This document shows, one piece after another, positions 15,620 to 29,699 of a stretch of DNA of 64,000 nt. The notes below the pieces were generated by a model. It was not told the origin of the DNA, ran no database searches, and saw only the letters and a list, made by a program, of their open reading frames with translations. Both the position numbers and the translations under genes were made by a program. Source of the stretch: Macrostomum lignano (taxonomy: Eukaryota); the NCBI GenBank assembly GCA_002269645.1, contig NIVC01003385.1:4156-68155 (forward strand). The letters run 5' to 3'. How positions within the stretch are numbered: the first letter of the stretch is position 1; each line of letters opens with the position of its first letter.

Positions 15620-17318
15620 AGTTGGGTGAGATCCCTGTAGGGTTGGGTGAGACCCCTGTAGGGTTGGGTGATAAGTCCCTGTAGGGTTGGATTAGAAGTC
15701 CCTGTAGGGTTAGATTAGAAGTCCCGGTAGGGTTGGATTAGAAGTCTTTGCAGGGTTGGATTAGAAGTCCCTGTAGGGTTGGATTAGAAGTCCCTGTAGA
15801 GTTGGATTAGAAATCCCTGTAGGGTTGGATGAAAAGTCCCTATAAAGTTGGATTAAAAGTCCCTGTAGGGTTGGATTAAAAGTCCCTGTAGGGTTGGGTG
15901 ATAAGTCCCTGTAGGGTTGGGTGAGACCCCTGTAGGGTTGGGTGATAAGTCCCTGTAGAGTTGGATTAGAAGTCCCTGTAGGGTTGGATTAGAAGTCCCT
16001 GTAGGGTTGGATTAGAAGTCCCTGTAGGGTTGGATTAGAAGTCCCTGTAGAGTTGGATTAGAAATCCCTGTAGGGTTGAATGAAAAGTCCGTATAAAGTT
16101 GGATAAAAAGTCCCTGTAGGGTTGGGTGATAAGTCCCTGTAGGGTTGGGTGATAAGTCCCTGTAGGGTTGGGTGAGACCCCTGTAGGGTTGGGTGATAAG
16201 TCCCTGTAGGGTTGGATTAGAAGTCCTTGCAGGGTTGGATTAGAAGTCCCTGTAGGGTTGGATTAGAAGTCCCTGTAGAGTTGGATTAGAAATCCCTGTA
16301 GGGTTGGATGAAAAGTCCCTATAAAGTTGGATTAAAAGTCCCTGTAGGGTTGGATTAAAAGTCCCTGTAGGGTTGGGTGATAAGTCCCTGTAGGGTTGGG
16401 TGAGACCCCTGTAGGGTTGGGTGATAAGTCCCTGTAGAGTTGGATTAGAAGTCCCTGTAGGGTTGGATTAGAAGTCCCTGTAGGGTTGGATTAGAAGTCC
16501 CTGTAGAGTTGGATTAGAAATCCCTGTAGGGTTGAATGAAAAGTCCGTATAAAGTTGGATTAAAAGTCCCTGTAGGGTTGGGTGATAAGTCCCTGTAGGG
16601 TTGGATTAGAAGTCCTTGCAGGGTTGGATTAGAAGTCCCTGTAGGGTTGGATTAGAAGTCCCTGTAGAGTTGGATTAGAAATCCCTGTAGGGTTGGATGA
16701 AAAGTCCCTATAAAGTTGGATTAAAAGTCCCTGTAGGGTTGGATTAAAAGTCCCTGTAGGGTTGGGTGATAAGTCCCTGTAGGGTTGGGTGAGACCCCTG
16801 TAGGGTTGGGTGATAAGTCCCTGTAGAGTTGGATTAGAAGTCCCTGTAGGGTTGGATTAGAAGTCCCTGTAGGGTTGGATTAGAAGTCCCTGTAGAGTTG
16901 GATTAGAAATCCCTGTAGGGTTGAATGAAAAGTCCGTATAAAGTTGGATTAAAAGTCCCTGTAGGGTTGGGTGATAAGTCCCTGTAGGGTTGGATTAGAA
17001 GTCCTTGCAGGGTTGGATTAGAAGTCCCTGTAGGGTTGGATTAGAAGTCCCTGTAGAGTTGGATTAGAAATCCCTGTAGGGTTGAATGAAAAGTCCGTAT
17101 AAAGTTGGATTAAAAGTCCCTGTAGGGTTGGGTGATAAGTCCCTGTAGGGTTGGATTAGAAGTCCTTGCAGGGTTGGATTAGAAGTCCCTGTAGGGTTGG
17201 ATTAGAAGTCCCTGTAGAGTTGGATTAGAAATCCCTGTAGGGTTGGATGAAAAGTCCCTATAAAGTTGGATTAAAAGTCCCTGTAGGGTTGGATTAAAAG
17301 TCCCTGTAGGGTTGGATT
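15620..17318. repeat. 23-bp satellite (AAGTCCCTGTAGGGTTGGATTAG) with higher-order structure
   Basis: About 70 monomers; diagnostic variant monomers recur at ~389-bp spacing. Confidence 0.97.
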
Positions 17319-18049
17319 AGCAGTCCAACAGTAACATGGTAAACTATGGGGTCGAGAAGAGAAGATAGGAGAGAGGAGAGGAGAGAAGAGGAGAGAGGAA
17401 ACGTGAGATGAGATGAGAGAGAAGAGAAGTCTCTTTTCTGTCTCAGCTCAAGAAGAGAAGAAAAGAGGAGAGAAGTCTCAAAGGACCGGAGGGCCGGATA
17501 GAGAGGCATCGCATGCCGGCGCATGTACGCTCGTAACTAACAGAGAAATCAACCTGCTTAGAAGACTAAAAACGCAAAGTCTATGGTTCAAATCGGGAGC
17601 AAAATAAAGGCGTGTAGCCTCCTCTTGCAGGTAACAGGGCGTTGACTATGCACTGTCTATGAAATATTGTTTATTCAGACAGCGTGATTCAGCAGAGAGA
17701 ACTGGTTCAACAGACGAACAGACGCGGACAGATTGCGAGCAGTCGGAATTCTGGAAGCAGGTTGCACCCTTCGAACAGGTTGCAAAGCACTTCGGGAGGT
17801 CGCCTTCAAAGGTTTTATGGCTGCTACAGAAGAGCAGAGCCACTGCAGGGAGCGTGATTCACGCGAGAGAAAAGTTGCGGTGCTCCACCAACTTTGCAGT
17901 ATAACAGCGAGGATATATCAATGTGTCCTGTCTGTAAAGTCCTCTCTGTCAGGGAATCTGGTGTGAAAACCCTACACTGCCTGCAATGCGAGCCCCCGAG
18001 AAGCCGCAGAGGCAACGTTCTGCGTTCTGCCTCGCAGAAGTAAGAAGGT

Positions 18050-19375
<1,326 letters not shown>

Positions 19376-19626
19376 GGAGGCTGGCCCAGCAACTGAGGAT
19401 CTGGGAGGCTGGCCCAGCAACTGAGGATCTGGGAGGCTGGCCCAGCAACTGAGGATCTGGGAGGCTGGCCCAGCAACTGAGGATCTGGGAGGCTAGCCCA
19501 GCAACTGAGGATCTGGGAGGCTGGCCCAGCAACTGCGGATCTGGGAGGCTGGCCCAGCAACTGAGGATCTGGGAGGCTGGCCCAGCAACTGAGGATCTGG
19601 GAGGCTGGCCCAGCAACTGAGGATCT
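19376..19626. repeat. 28-bp minisatellite (GGGAGGCTGGCCCAGCAACTGAGGATCT), 9 copies
   Basis: Seen directly. Confidence 0.97.
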
Positions 19627-20279
19627 GTTATAATGATTAATTATCTAAATCAGCCGCGCAAGAGCTCTCAAGCCCTAATCCTTATGCACAGAAGTTTATG
19701 CACAGATGTCGCACAACAACTGCAAAGTAACAAGTTTGATTTGAATCCAGTCGAATGTGAGCTGACCACTGCGGTGAAAACTGGAACGAGGACAGAAAGC
19801 CAGAAAGCGCGTCAAATAAAAACCTGAACGCGGAAAAATTGAAACAATAACTGTTACTTTTCAAAACAAGCAAAAGAGAATTACTCCAGTGATAACTACA
19901 TGAGCAAATATATCAAAGCGTACAGTAGTTATACGTAGCGAAATCTTTCGGTGGGGTACAATTATAATAAGCATATATACTTGGTAGCAATAATTTAATT
20001 GCAAAGCAATCCAACTAAAGTCCAAACATAGCCTATTAATTGAGTTATTTGGGAAAGCTAAACATAATAAAAATACAACCTTCGTTTTAATAATGCACTC
20101 CTGCAGTACAAAACTGGTTATAAATTTTATTCATTATAACAATTCATATAATAGTAGCCTTGCATAATATATTGACCTAACCGGTGAATTCCAGGTACAT
20201 CATAGATTAACCTAACCGGTGAATCCCAGGTATCATAGATTAACCTAACCATTGAACCACAGGTATCACAAACTATTGG

Positions 20280-20755
20280 GATATGAGATTATTGGAGAGC
20301 TGCTATGAGATTATTGCAAAGCTGCTATGAGATTATAAAAGAGCTGCTGAGATTATTGAAGAGCTACCATGAGATTATTGAAGAGCTACTATGAGATTAT
20401 TGAAGAGCTGCTATGAGATTATTGAAGAGCTGCTATGAGACTATTGAAGAGCTGCTATGAGATTATTAAAAAGCTGCTGAGATTTGAAGAGCTGCTATGA
20501 GATTATTTCAAAACTGCTATGAGATTATTGAAGAGCTGCTATGAGATTATTTCAAAACTGCTATGAGATTATTGAAGAGCTGCTATGAGATTATTTCAAA
20601 ACTGCTATGAGATTATTGCAGAGCTGCTATGAGATTATTTCAAAACTGCTATGAGATTATTGAAGAGCTGCTATGAGACTATTGAAGAGCTACTATGAGA
20701 TCATTGAAGAGCTACCATGAGATTATTAAAGAGCTGCTATTAGATTACTGCAAAG
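20280..20755. repeat. 22-bp minisatellite (GCTGCTATGAGATTATTGAAGA), preceded by ~33-bp repeats at 20175-20270
   Basis: Seen directly. Confidence 0.93.
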
Positions 20756-20834
20756 CTAATTTAAAAAGTGACCACAGTGCCTACACATGTTTCCCCTATT
20801 AACCCACACAGTCCGCAATTTGGGCAGCCCGGCC

Positions 20835-21622
20835 GATTGCCGCCCGCAGTGCCTTGAGAAAGCCGCCCGCAGTGCCTTGAGAAAGCCGCCCGCAGTGCCT
20901 TGAGGAAAGCCGCCCGCAGTGCCTTGAGGAAAGCCGCCCGCAGTGCCTTGAGAAAGCCGCCCGCAGTGCCTTGAGAAAGCCGCCCGCAGTGCCTTGAGAA
21001 AGCCGCCCGCAGTGCCTTGAGGAAAGCCGCCCGCAGTGCCTTGAGGAAAGCCGCCCGCAGTGCCTTGAGAAAGCCGCCCGCAGTGCCTTGAGGAAAGCCG
21101 CCCGCAGTGCCTTGAGAAAGCCGCCCGCAGTGCCTTGAGAAAGCCGGCCGCAGTGCCTTGAGGAAAGCCGCCCGCAGTGCCTTGAGGAAAGCCGCCCGCA
21201 GTGCCTTGAGGAAAGCCGCCCGCAGTGCCTTGAGAAAGCCGCCCGCAGTGCCTTGAGGAAAGCCGCCCGCAGTGCCTTGAGGAAAGCCGCCCGCAGTGCC
21301 TTGAGAAAGCCGCCCGCAGTGCCTTGAAGAAAGCCGCCCGCAGTGCCTTGAGAAAGCCGCCCGCAGTGCCTTGAGAAAGCCGCCCGCAGTGCCTTGAGAA
21401 AGCCGCCCGCAGTGCCTTGAGAAAGCCGGCCGCAGTGCCTTGAGGAAAGCCGCCCGCAGTGCCTTGAGGAAAGCCGCCCGCAGTGCCTTGAGAAAGCCGC
21501 CCGCAGTGCCTTGAAGAAAGCCGCCCGCAGTGCCTTGAGGAAAGCCGCCCGCAGTGCCTTGAGAAAGCCGCCTGCAGTGCCTTGAGGAAAGCCGCCCGCA
21601 GTGCCCTGAGGATTGCCGCCCG
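20835..21622. repeat. 23/24-bp GC-rich minisatellite (GCCGCCCGCAGTGCCTTGAG[G]AAA)
   Basis: Seen directly; explains ORFs 20756-21690. Confidence 0.97.
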
Positions 21623-22026
21623 AACGCAACTGGGCGCGAAGTTTTGAGCAGCCCCTGTATACATGTCTGTTGGAACCGCAGAATTAACATTCTGTTTACT
21701 TTATATGATTAAGCGCATGATTATGTGAATGAACATTATTCAAGGAAAATAGGTAGCGCATGATTATGTGAATGGACATTCTTTAATCTCTATAGTTCTA
21801 TGACATAAGTAGCTAACATGTAAAGTTAATTCCATTGACCTGTAAAGGATGAAAATCCACCGTTCTCATAATCAGAGCGGCCTAGGTCTTCTAAAATATC
21901 TAAAAGAAGGAAACCGACTACAAAGGTATTAGCAACAAAAAGAAAGTGCTTTGCAAAAGCAAGAGTTGAAGGAAAACAAATTATGACAATGCTATAATTT
22001 ATTTGCTACGGAAGCTAGGCTTTTTG

Positions 22027-22105
22027 AATCGGTTGAGCCGTTTTCGCTAAAATCGATCACACACACAAGCACACACATACAGACAGACCATTTTTAGTAT
22101 ATAGG
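22027..22105 (+). mobile_element. Dispersed repeat end resembling Helitron/Helentron-associated elements (second copy at ~34082-34175)
   Basis: ATCGGTTGAGCCGTTTTCGCTAAAATCGATCACACACAC...CAGACCATTTTTAGTRTATAGGA occurs twice in the window. The family assignment rests only on resemblance to DINE/HINE ends. Confidence 0.5.
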
Positions 22106-22125
22106 AAGGAAGGAAGGTCGCTGCA

Positions 22126-22400
22126 AAGCAACTCATCCATGACCATGTTCCAGAGACCGGGGTATGAACCCCGCCCTGAGGGCCCCTTTTCTAGACATGA
22201 CAGTGCGGTTCCGGGCCATGGACATCATCTACCGGACAAGGTGAGGGTGAGTGGCTTTGGATTCCAGTGCTCTGCCAAAGGCCTCAAAGATGACATTCAG
22301 ATAAGAAACTACTGAGCATGAGCTAGCTCTAGGGTCCTTCAGAGCTCTCCGTGACCGAGCCATCTGGTCTCTTCACCACAGAGAGTTTAGAAAACACGGT
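22126..22400 (-). mobile_element. Non-LTR retrotransposon (LINE) RT fragment, frameshifted
   Basis: Reads EAFGRALESKATHPHLVR*MMSMARNRTV...GPQGGV(H)TP-LWNMVMDEL, matching the RT domain-4 motif PQGGVLSPLLWNLVMDELL. Confidence 0.55.
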
Positions 22401-23481
22401 CCGTTCGTGAGTGCCTTTACCACGCAGGCTACGGGAAGGAGAGGAGAGGGGAGAGGAGAGATCGGAGAGTGATAGAGACAAGGATGGAGACAGTGTTTCG
22501 AATTCGAAGAGTTGCTGATTTGATTTAATAGCCAGAGAAATTTGCTTGAGCTGCAGGATTTTCGAATGAAATAAAAACTACATTGCCCACTACGAGTAAA
22601 ATGGACGCATTGCCAATCCAAACAGCATTGTAGACTGACAGCAGCCCACTGACGGATGTGTGTTGATCGTCAATATGCTAGAGTTTAAACGCTGCTGTGG
22701 ACTCTGGCGTCGACCTGAAACTGCGATAGACTTGATCGGCTTAAAAAAAAGTCAATAAAAAGAAACTTCATGCTTGGATGCATTAGGTAGTCAAATAAAT
22801 GTAAAATCAAACATATTAACAACGGGTTATTGACATTGCACACGCAACTCTCTACCAGAGCTCAGTTCCAGAGCAATTAAGATGGCTGTCAGTTTTCCAG
22901 CGTTGCCATCCAAAATATCGAAATAAAATGAATGCAGCAAAGTCGAGAGAGGCAGAAAGCATCGTCACCTGAATTTCCCAGACATCACTGCAGTGGAATC
23001 GCTAGCGACTTACGGACAGGAAAGGCAACGAACAACAGAGAAGGCAAGAATTAATGAGATGCATGATTTTCAGTTTAAAGCGTAATCATAAACAACTGTC
23101 TAAGGACTCTGCACTCATAATTTTGAGGTGTTTTTTGCACTTATCAATATCTCACCCTCTCTCCATCCGACTGGCAAGAGGGTTATCTATAACATAATCC
23201 ACATACGTCAGCCGAACGTATATGTAGGTGAATATAAAAATACCCCTTTGTCAGTCGAAAAGTTGCCGGAAGTTGCCGCTCTCCAAGATACTTTTTCACA
23301 AAATTTTTCTCGAAAAAAGCACGCTTACTTGGTTAGAAATTCTGCAGTTTGAAATTGCTGATTCAGTGCTATCAAATTCAATGCTTCCTATCCCGTTAAT
23401 GTGTTATGCGGTGATACAGTCAGTTCTATATATGAAGATAATATTGCAGAAACAATTATTTTAGACTCAAAGCATCGCCCA

Positions 23482-24198
23482 ATGCTTGCGCTGCTGCTGC
23501 TGCTGCTGAACTGCCAGCTGCTGCAGTCGCAGGCCCTGCCGTGTCCCGCACCGTTCACCATGCAGGCCAGTCTGTGCCTGTTCGTGAGCACAGCTCACAG
23601 CCACAGCTGGTGCTCAGCCAATCGGCAGTGTGCATCGATCGGAGGCGAGCTCGTTAACTCGAACAGCTCCATCCTGGCGCTGAATCGCAGCGGCATCAGC
23701 TCATCCTGCAGCTGCCAGCTGTGGCTCGGACTGAGCGACCTGGCCGATGAGAGAGGCAACAAGAGAGACGGCTGGCAGAGGGTCAACGGAAACGGCCTCG
23801 CTGACCCTCCCTCTGATCTGTTTTACGAATACGAGCCGTCAGGATACGACGAAAACTGCATTCGAATGGACCATCTGGGACTGCTCAGAGACGCCAACTG
23901 CAGCCATAACTATGGATTCGCTTGCGAGTACAAGAGCCCCTCTGCTTACCGGAAGCTCGCCCATTGGAAGAAGGTGTCGTTCAAGAGAGCCACCTACAAC
24001 ACCGAGTACTGCTTCACCGAAGTGCCGCATGTGAGCAGCGCTGTTGAGTGCGTTGCCGCCGCCATGAGTGACGCCAGCTGCAGACACGTGCTGTACAACA
24101 GCAAGCTGCGAGCCTGCCGCCTGCTGCTGTTCACCGACGCTCAGGTGGAGGCGGAGATCGAGACGAGCGCCGACTGGGTCAAGTTCCGCCTGCTCTGA
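23482..24198 (+). CDS. Secreted C-type lectin domain + PAN/apple domain protein (238 aa, intronless), copy 1
   Basis: Signal peptide MLALLLLLLNCQLLQSQA. CTLD: CP.PF...CLF...W..AN.QC...GGELV...LWLGLSD...WQ...EPS...ENC...LRDANCS.NYGFACE. C-terminal ECVAAAMSDASCRHVLYN...CRLL is PAN/apple-like. Confidence 0.88.
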   Translation: MLALLLLLLNCQLLQSQALPCPAPFTMQASLCLFVSTAHSHSWCSANRQCASIGGELVNSNSSILALNRSGISSSCSCQLWLGLSDLADERGNKRDGWQRVNGNGLADPPSDLFYEYEPSGYDENCIRMDHLGLLRDANCSHNYGFACEYKSPSAYRKLAHWKKVSFKRATYNTEYCFTEVPHVSSAVECVAAAMSDASCRHVLYNSKLRACRLLLFTDAQVEAEIETSADWVKFRLL

Positions 24199-24547
24199 TT
24201 CGAATGGAAAGAATAACACAGATTTTAAGAAAATGAAAGAAAAGTTACGCTAAAGTTTCTAACTCTGTTGTCGCGATTTTTATCCAGAAGAAATTCGCTT
24301 TGAATGGAATGAGCTTTATAAACTATTTCTTCAAAACCTGAGAAACAATCGAGTAAATTTCGAACATCTAAATACACAATGGCATCCCAAAAAACGCATA
24401 TTTTTTTCATTTTCAGCGTTCATAATTTTATTTCGTTAGCGACACTAATCATAGCCTAGCAATAAAATTTGCAAGTTGCACGGACTTGCTTTACTAGTAG
24501 TTACGATCCGGTGTATAGATTTTTTCGAATCCATAATGGTAGATTAA

Positions 24548-24642
24548 GTCTATGGTTTCAGACTTTGATAATGATCAAGTCTGGACATTCTGATCATAAA
24601 TAATGATCAGAATTGATCATTATTTAATTCTGAAACCATAGA
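24548..24642. repeat. Short inverted repeat pair (GTCTATGGTTTCAGA / TCTGAAACCATAGAC), possible tiny MITE
   Basis: Perfect 15-bp inverted repeat about 65 bp apart; further CCATAGA motifs nearby. Confidence 0.5.
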
Positions 24643-24929
24643 CATAATCGCATTATCATATAGACTAGCGTTTTCGGTTGATCATTATGTAACGCCATTA
24701 AGCCACGCCATTAAGTAACGCTGCAGTGTCTTCGTGCCATAGATATAGGCTCGGCAGTGAGCAGGGTCAAGGGAGCGCAGCTTCCTTGCGGGGCTGTGGG
24801 GGCAGAGCCCCCTCTAATCGGACCATAGACAATTTTTTAGAATACAGTTCTCTAAAAGAAAAGCTCGACCATGAAGTCTGTTAGGAAGTTAAGAACTAGA
24901 AGCAAGAAGCGAGAGAAATCGAATTAAAA

Positions 24930-25450
24930 ATGCCTCATATCAACTGGAAAAATCTACCGGTCGACAGTTTAGATGGCGTCTCGTCTACTGAAGTAGATTT
25001 TCTGAGTGAACTGAGCGCCGTGAACCACAGTTCCGATGAAATTCTTGGAGATTTTATCGACTACCTGTCTAAAATCGAGACGGCTGATAGAGGCCGCTGC
25101 GGTTTCTAGTGTCGAGCTTCCAGAACTATCTGATTTACCCAGTGCGATGGATGTTGTCGAACTGGAATCACTGCTGAGCACTACACGAGAACACATGTTT
25201 CTGTATGGCAAAATGTTCGTGGAGTTTTTAAAGAAGCATGGTGCTGTGGATGTGAGCGTGATCAGTGACAGTCGCTTGGCCGAATTTTTAAGGTTCTTTT
25301 ACTTAAGCAGCAAGCTCAAGTTGACATGCGAAGTGTGCAACAGCCGATGTTTGCCAACTGCCTCTTCGATGGGTGCACGTTCAACTTCTAACAAAGAATA
25401 TATTGCTCGTACTTATAAGTCTTAACTGTCGAAAATTAAATACTTTGGTA
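24930..25450 (+). pseudogene. Crypton-like tyrosine-recombinase transposon remnant (N-terminal region)
   Basis: STTREHMFLYGKMFVEFLKKHG...ISDSRLAEFLRFFY...NKEYIARTYKS*LSKI resembles the Crypton/DUF3504-associated N-terminal pattern (T..T....F.eFL.....L..FL..FY....G.eY...tl). Contains stops and frameshifts; no catalytic domain seen. Confidence 0.45.
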
Positions 25451-26149
25451 TTCGTTTGCTTTGCTATATCCTCGATCTGTTTCCTGTTAAAGTTCTTGTT
25501 GCTTAAATTAATAAAAACAGTGAATTTCTCGCTCATAATCAATGGCAATTTATCGTGACTTAACAGCTTCATTACAAAATGCATTAAAAAACGATTGTCT
25601 ATATGATAATGAGTAATGTTATTATTCAGGGAAGAGGCGAAAGGAATAATACTCCGCTTTTGCTGAGACTATAGTTAATTTTCCAAGTATATTTTGATCT
25701 TAGTGACTCGCACTCGCGAATACGCTGTACGTATTGCCATAAACAAAAGTTAGTAAGCCGTTGACGGCTCTTTAGAAGTGAACTAAAAGTTCATCTTGAA
25801 CTCCAACACGTAACGCTAACCAGCTGCAGTGTAGCAGAAACTCCAAGTAAATCTTAAAAGCGTCACAAAAATTCGTTAAAGCGCATCTTTTAAGCGATTA
25901 TATACAGATATATACAGATATATACAGATATACACATAATATAAACCTTAGCAAAGAAGAGGCAAAGACAGTCGAGTGTGGCGCAGCAATGAAAGGCGCC
26001 CCCAGATCGGTCGACGGTCTTCCATCGTGTATTGTTGCAACTAATAAACAGTAGAACTAGCAAGAGAGACTGCGCCGGCACACACACCTAAAGCAAGAAT
26101 CAAGTCGCAAACCCCTGGACTGTCGAGATATTCAACTATTCTACCAGGT

Positions 26150-29100
26150 CAGGTTTCTTCCATAAGCGCCAGTGTATTCAGTACACCCCTGTGCGCCAAT
26201 CAGCACTGCGCCTCAGTGCAGCTTTGCCAAGCCTCAAAACTTCATCAGAACATCGACCACAAGTGCCTGCATCAGCTCTGGCTTCGTTGGTTGGAGCTTC
26301 TGAACCTTCAGCAGGTGGCACCAGGTAAGTATGGACACCCTGTTGCGAATTTCTCTGGTTTCGCTGATCAAGCTTCAACAGTGGGCAAGCCTCAACTGCT
26401 GGACATCCTCAGCCAGTCTCTAAAGAATTCAGTAGTCATCCAAACGTTATAATATTGTTGTTGTTAAACGGGGTGCCATGCGGCGCGGACCTACCGATCT
26501 ACCAATGATACGAGAGCGTAATAGGCGTAGGTCAGAAGCGTATGCTAGCTCGGGCCATCCAAGGACAACTGAAGTTACGTTATCCTTGGGGCCATCTCAA
26601 CATTGAATTCCTATGGGTTGCCTCACAAAGATGGCAGACTTATACGGCGGGATTAGATGCCTTCAAAGGCGAAAATGTTGAGGGTCCTGACTGCGAAGCT
26701 GTTTATGATTTGCAAGGCTTGGCACCGCCTACCCACCTTGTGGACCTGCTTCGATCTCCTCAGAGACCAACCACAGGCGTACGAGCCTATACTATACCCA
26801 TCGCACCAGATCAGTTTCGCCATGGCGGGGTACCAACTTCTGGGGCTCATGCCTTCCAGGTGGCCCTTTTTGGATCCAGCTTCTGAGACACAAGGCCTGA
26901 CCAGGTGGTCCATTTGCCAGCTCCCATCGCAGGTAGGATCCGCTCGCCAACTGGTAGGAGAAAACAGGCTGCCTGTCGCCAAGCTTGCTGATGCAGAGGT
27001 GATTCTCTAGCACGGCCACCGGGCAAAGCGGGTGTCCGACTTTTAGCCTTGGAAGCAACACTCGGTGCAGCATCGCGACAAACTGGTCTGTCTTGCTATA
27101 ACTGACGGAGAGCACAACCGAAAGTGGCGTTAAAAGGCTGAGACGGAGATCGACGAAGCGGAGACTGGACCGCCGAAACACCCCCCACCAAGCAATCAGG
27201 CTCACAAGCCAGTAGACTCTATCAGGTTACTGCTCAAATTAAGCAGGATCCTCACAGACATCTGCAGCTTCCGTCTTAGCCGCTGGCCCATTCTGTTTTG
27301 TTAGGTCCTCAGCACCACAGGCTTTGACTTAGCTGGACAGTGCACTGACGTGGACACGGACTGTTAAACGATCTCAGGCGGCATTCAACCAGGTGAGCCA
27401 GGTAGTTGGGTAAGCACCGACCAGTCGGATCGAGCCGGGTTGGTCCCGTTCTCGTTGCAGTAACTGCACCAGGACCGGACGGCCGCTGAGATCGGCCCTA
27501 CGCGAATGCGGTGCGTACGGTATGCTGCGGCGAGGAGGCCGGAGGCGGCGGCGCCGAGGGTGATCCGAAAATTCCGCAGGGAAAATTTGCACAGAGACAT
27601 AAAAACTGAAGAATTTAGCAACTCATTAGCAGCATCGGCAAACAGCTGATAGACACCCTGGAACGTGAAACATCCTAAAAATTCAGCGTCAAAACACGGA
27701 CAGAGCAACGCAACAAGCTACAGCAACCACATAAGCCGCGAGTCCTTGGAGACACCTCGTCTCAGAATCCAACACGCCCTATCATTGTTGCACCCGACCC
27801 CCGGCCAAGGGTTCGCCCCATCTCAAAACCACAGCCTCCTTGAAATTGATGCAGTAATGCTGAAAAACACCATTCGCGCCAGTCTGCCAGACAATGAAGC
27901 ACCAATCGCAAATTCCATCAACGTCACGGAGCACAGCCGCAGCACCTGAAGACGACGAGTCGGTCTCCATGGTAACACAAGCCCTCCGCGAAGTCTACAG
28001 ACCAATACCGATGCAATGCTGCAAAGCCAAACGCCACCAGGAGAGGTGGTGCACCACAGAGGGGCCAACAATAATCCTGTCATGAGGCCCATTCAGTTTG
28101 GCGAAAATGTCGATTTGAGGTCGGAGGAAAACTCTCCCGTGCCGAACAACTTGCGACGCCCAGTTCAACATGCCAATCAGCTTCTGTAAACACGACTTTG
28201 ACAGCTTCTTCTTCGAAGAGCAGAGAGATAAAACGTGCAAAAAACTTTGGACCTTGTCGACAGGAAGACATCTGACCGCCAGCCACGCTATCGAATAAAA
28301 TTCCCAGAAAGGTCATCCGCGTTGTGGGTGGAACAACACTTGCTACGATTCAGTGAATACCAGCCGCTCCAGCAGATCGATGAGATGATTGTAGAACATC
28401 CAGCAGCACTCTCCAGATCTCCACAAAAGACGAAGTCATCCGTGTAGGTCTCTATGGCATAGAAACCATGTTTCAACATCATAAAACGCACAGTTTGACT
28501 CAGCTCATGAGAGTAGAAAAAAGAAGCCGAAGCCCAAAAGAGCGTATAGGTACACAGAATCTGCACAGAACAGTGGCCGATCTGTGATTTGCCGTGTGCT
28601 TCTTAAAATCCATCACTTTGAATGTGCCGTGTGCTTCTGAAGCTGTCTTTACACCATCGAGCACGAACCTGACTCGGTCCTTCGGCATCTCGGTCCCAGC
28701 CAGCTCTTCCCGTCAAACCACAAAGACAAGGTCGCTTGGCAATTCCGTTGAACTCGGGCCCCGTTAGGGAAGTTCCTCCGTGGGGGCACATGACGACCCG
28801 GCGGAGGACTTCGAGTCCTGTGTCCCCAAGTCGATAAAGTCGCCAAACGACAGTGACTCGGGACTGACGTGCCTTAACCGCACAGGCCTTGTCAGTCCAA
28901 CAACAGACTTCCTTGTCTCCTTGTCTCCGCTTCTGCAAGCATTCGTTGGTGGTGCCTTTCTTGTCATCTTGACTATGACGCGATGAGCTTCTGTCCTGCT
29001 CCAAAGCCTGCCGCTCGAGCTCCTTGGCAATGCAACGGTTCAGGCAATTTGTCAGCTCATGCTTATTGCCATTAGTAGGCCGAGCCAACCCCCAGTAGCC

Positions 29101-29350
29101 ACAACGGTAGCGGCCTAAATAGACACACGGCGTCAACAACGGACCCACCACTCCACCACACAGCCAAGACCCAAACAGCCCCCCTCCTTGCACTCTCGCG
29201 GACTCGCGAAAACCGATGCAATATAAGAGGTAAAAACGCGTTGCATGCACAACTAAGTCAGAATCGCCAATAATGTTCGATTTACTGCGAGCTTGAGAGA
29301 AATTAGAAAGGAAGGCACCGCAATCCACAGTTTAAAGACGCTGATTTGCA
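26150..29350 (-). mobile_element. Degenerate DIRS/Ngaro-type tyrosine-recombinase retrotransposon (gag-like, RT, RNase H, YR)
   Basis: RT: IETYTDDF (~28430) and TFLGILFDSV. Connection: LQKLIGMLNWASQVVRHGRVFLR...LSWW. RNase H: ETDSSSSGAAAV...W...W...HYCINFKE (~27970-27830). YR: LIAWWGVFRRS...LSVSYSKTDQF...LCPV (~27205-27000). Many stops and frameshifts; termini not identified. Confidence 0.85.
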
Positions 29351-29699
29351 ATAGAACTGGTGGACAAGGCAGTTTCCTTGCACACATGTATAGGAGTGAT
29401 TCCCTTAATCATCAAAGAAGGAACAATGGGCCGGGCATGGGTATGACTCAAACGCACTGGAGGACGGGGTGCGCTCGCATTGCAAGAGTGCCCGGCACAA
29501 TAGCAAAAGAACTGCTGGACAAGAAAGTCAAAAAAGGGATATTGCTGCTAATTGAAGTCTCAAAGCCAACCATACCAAGTGTAGTGACTGGCTGCTAACT
29601 GGCTATTCAGCAGCATTCACTAGCTTTCCCTAAGGGCGCTGTGATCCGCTGCACAGTAGCTCGGTCCACCTGATCTAGTGAGAGAGATACCCTGTGCTG

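Noticed and set aside
15620-17318. TAGGGTT motifs as interstitial telomere
   Set aside because: The unit is a 23-mer with a single GGG tract, not tandem TTAGGG.
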